From Adineta ricciae (Eukaryota): a stretch of 39,635 bases of DNA. Shown piece after piece: positions 36,181 through 39,635 of this stretch. The DNA lies in NCBI GenBank assembly GCA_905250025.1, contig CAJNOJ010000052.1, positions 105,418 to 145,052 on the forward strand, in the 5' to 3' direction. The notes under the pieces are model-generated. The model saw only the letters and a program-made list of their open reading frames with translations. It ran no database searches and was not told where the DNA came from. Position 1 is the first letter of the stretch. The number at the start of each line of letters is the position of its first letter. A program made the position numbers and the translations under genes.

Positions 36181-36362
36181 ATTTAACATAAATGGCCACT
36201 TTTACTCGGCTCAGCGTGGCCTTGTATTATTGAGTTGAGTACGTGTCGGGCATTACTGACGCCCGAATGATTTCTGTCAGCAGGAGGGTTCCCAGTAATC
36301 AATCACGTTGCTCGGTGTCGCCGATGCGCTACCCGTTTTCGCTCTAACACGCCGCCTGTCCT
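36181..36362. other. GC-rich structured island within an AT-rich intergenic desert. It has two perfect 6-bp hairpins and tRNA-like A/B-box-like motifs. Candidate Pol III small RNA or SINE relic.
   Basis: Hairpin ggccac(36194-36199)/gtggcc(36216-36221). Hairpin tcgggc(36246-36251)/gcccga(36261-36266). 'ggctcagcgtgg' resembles an A box (TRGCNNAGTGG). 'gggttcccag' resembles a B box (GGTTCGANTCC). Local GC is ~55% against ~30% in the flanks. Confidence 0.2.
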
Positions 36363-36933
36363 TTTCTATTTGAATCAGTACATTTTTTCTGCGTTTTCTC
36401 TTATTTATTCGTACATGCGTATTTTTTGCATCAATTTTTCTTCTTGTCTCAGCATATCATTAAATACAGTATCCGTAGTCGAGCGAATAAGAGAGAAAAA
36501 CACGAAGCAGAGAAGAAAAACGACGCATGGATACATGCATTGTGTGCATCATTACGACAGTATATTTTCTATTCGTTTTCTCGACATGTTTCACATTCTC
36601 CCCGTTCCTGTCTTTCGTTCTCTTCACTACTATCGATATCATGATGACCTTCGCTCCTATCATCGCACATTCGCGCACAACACGATTTGAATCAATTCAT
36701 TTCAGTCTATTACCTACCTACTTGCCAGTATCTAAGCACATATCGACGCAGTAATTGTATAAGTTAAGCGAAAAAAGAAAAATCGTTTGATATACTCAGC
36801 AGATACTGAACTTCATCATTGATCATCGGCTTCATTAAACAGGGGTTATTGCGTACGAACACCGTCAATAGGAAGAAAAACGAGACTTTTTACTCACAAA
36901 ATCTTTACCATGCCCACATATATTTATATGCAC

Positions 36934-36952
36934 GTATGTATGTATGTATGTG
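36934..36952. repeat. (GTAT)n microsatellite
   Basis: gtatgtatgtatgtatgtg. Confidence 0.8.
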
Positions 36953-38127
36953 CAAAGCAGACCATATCCATAGTTCTTTCGTTCTTTCATCAGCTGGATG
37001 CCTGTCTTTCTATTATTTTCTCTTTAGACCGACACGCTACTATTCTTTCTCTCTTTCTCATCAACGCGCAAATTAACATATGTGTTTGCGTGTTGTTCGT
37101 TTCTTCGCACAGCAAGAGTAAATCAGCTGTTTTATGCTTCACGTTTGATTCTTATCTGGTCAACAGTAAAGAACGAGAAGAAAAAAAGCGATGAAAGAGC
37201 AGGAAAAAAAGAAACTTTATATCGTGATTGTCAATATTTGCAGTTCGCATAACAACAATACAACGTTTTAATTTCTCCGTGTCTGTAGCTTCTTTTTTTC
37301 TTTTTTATTGCTTCTATCGGAAGACCGGCACAACCATGTCTCTATAGATATAGATTCACTTTAAAAAAGAACATATGTATGTGTAAGAACATCGCATTAC
37401 AAAACAAGACAAACAACACATAAACATGTAATAGATAGATAAATGTATAGATAGTTATATATAGTTAAGACGAAAAAAAAAATGACACACATTGTTCGAA
37501 GAATGAAGAAATGCTTATTGTGAATGGCAGAGAAAAAAACCAGAAGAAGGTACAATGTAGACAAAAGAAGTGAGGAAATGGCAGGTTTTTGATTCTTCAA
37601 GTGATCACAACAACAAAAAATAGATAATATAAATATAGGAAGTCTTATCTCGATTAATATTTAAATATTTTTACTTTTTTTTTTCTTAAGAAGAAAAAAT
37701 TATAGCGAAATGAGAGTGAGTGAATACGAAGAAAAGAACAAAAAATAGAAATAGAACACAAAAGGACATGGCGATGTAATGGATCATTCTCACAGTTAAA
37801 CATAGACAAAAAAAAAAGAAAACAAATAGTGAAGAATAAATAGTTCTAATCGACACGGAAAAACACACACCCACACAAAAAGCATATGTTTCATCGTCAT
37901 CTGACTTAAACTAAAGGATATTGACGACGAACAGATCTTGTCATAGAGATAAGAAAACAAATACATGATTCGCCTATTGTATGAACCAGACAACAATAAA
38001 CTATATGAATAAATATTGCCTACATCGACAGAAAAAAAAGAAGGAAAAAAAGAAGTGACATAAGTCTGATTTCTTTTTGTTGAATACTTGAAAAGCTTTC
38101 TTTCTTTTTTTTGTTCGATTGAATTTA

Positions 38128-38975
38128 TCAGGATGAATTGATAATAGCTCGTTTGGGTTCAGCTGTTTTATAGAAGACATTTTTCACAAGAATACACCGG
38201 GGACTTACATACAATGGACTTCGTTCTCTCATTTGTTTGAACATCTTCATTGATGGAAGAAGTCGTCGCATCGTAAACACTTTCGTATCTTCATGAAGAT
38301 CGATTTCGATTTCGAACGTGGTCTTTTGTTTCGGGTTAATCTGAATGATCGGCAAATATTTGGTGATTGTTGTCGTGAGGTTGGGTGAGAGAAGAGTGAG
38401 TTTGATTTTGATTTGCGCACCCATAATACCAAATGGTTCTTCAGCTGACATGATCAAACATTGTCGCGCAATGTTACGAATATGATTGCATGGAATAAAC
38501 AGATTGTCACATGATAAATGTTTGATTTTGCTTTCGCGTAATGTGGTCAATAGACGTTTGGCAACGAGTGATAAATGTTCTTCTCGTAAATCAAGTTCAG
38601 GATCGTAAATAAATGTTGATTGTTGATTTATATCCAATAGATTATCATCATTATTTATTGGATTGCCACCATATGACATATGTTTAAATAAGTTGACAAC
38701 ACGAGTTTTGAGTCGTTGAAGAAAATTTTTATTTTCTAAATTGGTCGAATGCTGTGATGGAATCGTGTTTGAACGTTGATCGACTTGATTGAAATATGTC
38801 TGCAAAGTATGAGATGATGAACTATACTTTTTCTGAAGTGAATTATTCATCGTTGATGACAATGTTCGTTGAGTTGGACATGATGCATTACGCGTAAATT
38901 GTGGATGACTGACAGGAACAATAGATGATGAACCAGCTGATTGTGTTTTTGTTGTTGACGACGTCGCTAATGCCA
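38128..38975 (-). CDS. DDIT4/REDD1-like (RTP801_C domain) paralog B, a single exon.
   Basis: Continuous minus-strand ORF (track 38128-38985; the TTG start shown as M, with the first ATG giving 'MALATSSTTKTQ' at ~38975). N-terminal 'KNFLQRLKTRVVNLFKHMS' is homologous to paralog A 'LSWLERCKQRLTNLFKQIS'. C-terminal ~165 aa are identical to paralog A apart from the last 6 residues. Confidence 0.7.
38146..38615 (-). repeat. Copy 2 of the ~465 bp near-identical direct duplication, inside paralog B.
   Basis: See copy 1. Same orientation, ~5.5 kb apart. Confidence 0.9.
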
Positions 38976-39635
38976 TTATTGTCAATCTAGAATAGAAAGA
39001 TCCGTTTACTGGTAATTCTAGCCGATATATGAGCCGTTGTTTTTCCTTTTTCTTTAAATCTCCTCCACTCGCAAGCTACCCGCCCACTTCTTCACTTCCG
39101 CCACCTGGTCTTCTCTCATTCGGTTCAATACACACACTCATTAGATTAGAATCCCAATGTGCACATTCATCGATCCCGAGAGATTATGGTAAAAAAGAAA
39201 AAAAAAAGAAAAGATTGAGTGTCGTCGAGTGTGTAACAGCTGAAAATTAAATAGTTAAAGAAATGTCTAAGAATAACCGAAGATATAAAACAAAAAAGAA
39301 ACGAACTAAGGCAACAGGCTGTCTTTAAGAACACTTAACATAAATTGTAATCTAATTTTAATTGATATTCGACATAGGTCTGTTAGTAGAAAATATTCGA
39401 AGTATGAATATGTGTTTTTTTCCTTTTCGCGACTTGTTAGTCAATATCTGAAGACACATACGCAACCGATAAACGAGAATGATGAATGAGAAAAAGAAAT
39501 TTCTTTCGACAAGTTAAAAATATCTAACAGGAGAAAAGCACCTGAAAATATGCATAACCTTCAGTTCGCAACTTTTTCTCTCGACTAATTGACGTGATCA
39601 TTACGACAGAAAAAATTGTTTTTAATTAGACACTT

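Noticed and set aside
36181-36362. Schistosoma SMalpha SINE hammerhead ribozyme or spliced-leader RNA gene
   Set aside because: I looked for the hammerhead core (CUGAUGA...stem...GAAAC) and for the SL sequence (AACCGTCACGGTTTTACTCTTGTGATTTGTTGCATG) and found neither. The element is kept only as an unassigned structured GC island.
36370-37996. Cluster of short overlapping ORFs on both strands in the intergenic region between the REDD1-like paralogs
   Set aside because: The region is AT-rich and low-complexity, with microsatellites ((GTAT)n, poly-A). The ORFs overlap in several frames, have skewed composition (F/L/S/C-rich) and have no homology.
1-39635. Prokaryotic-style interpretation (operons, CRISPR, defence islands, mobile elements with TIRs)
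   Set aside because: The genes are split by canonical GT..AG introns and match metazoan proteins (LIS1, TEP1, CEP78, RPGRIP1L, FES, Kir). There are no CRISPR repeats and no IS/TIR structures, and the window has ~35% GC with long AT-rich spacers. The only long repeat is the paralog block at 32.6 kb and 38.1 kb.

Overview
This is not a prokaryotic locus. It is an AT-rich (~35% GC) metazoan genomic window whose style fits a flatworm, most likely a trematode or Schistosoma-like genome: GT..AG introns of only 35-65 nt, long AT-rich intergenic tracts, and no operon or Shine-Dalgarno organisation. From the ORF track and my own reading of splice junctions, I recognise 11 protein-coding genes. On the minus strand: an RPGRIP1/RPGRIP1L homolog (coiled-coil, tandem C2 and a C-terminal RID-like C2) at ~309-4781, and a CEP78 homolog (RI-type LRRs plus C-terminal coiled-coil) at 5689-8703. 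On the plus strand: a complete TEP1 (telomerase/vault-associated protein 1) ortholog at 9324-17931 in 7 exons, with the TROVE-DUF4062-NACHT-WD40 architecture and a 2.8 kb central exon. Next comes an unassigned tail-anchored coiled-coil ORF (18110-18802, plus), then an unassigned small 3-exon protein (19364-19803, minus). After that: an inward-rectifier K+ channel (20021-21386, minus; TIGYG filter), a 4-TM LHFPL/PMP22-claudin-like gene (22174-23305, plus), and LIS1/PAFAH1B1 (23716-25705, plus; 12 exons, LisH plus 7 WD40). Finally a FES/FER-type kinase (F-BAR, SH2, tyrosine kinase; 26504-29832, minus) and two tandem DDIT4/REDD1-like (RTP801_C) paralogs on the minus strand. Copy A has 2 exons (35513-35214 and 33127-32597); copy B is a single exon (38975-38128). 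The observations most worth a second look are these. First, the two REDD1-like paralogs have divergent N-termini and different intron structure, yet share a ~465 bp block that is ~99% identical at nucleotide level. It is confined to the C-terminal coding region, which suggests gene conversion or an assembly collapse. Second, a GC-rich ~180 bp island with two perfect hairpins and Pol III A/B-box-like motifs sits inside an otherwise AT-rich desert at 36181-36362; it is a candidate small RNA or SINE relic. Third, TEP1 has lineage-specific features: an S/T-rich repeat N-terminal exon in place of the vertebrate 30-aa repeats, and an RGG/GAR box inserted in the TROVE domain. Fourth, two conserved ORFs have no family assignment. 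Fifth, three centrosome/cilium genes (RPGRIP1L, CEP78, LIS1) lie close together. The ORF track uses alternative start codons (TTG/GTG shown as M), so true ATG starts are sometimes a few codons downstream. My hand-derived splice coordinates may be off by 1-2 nt.
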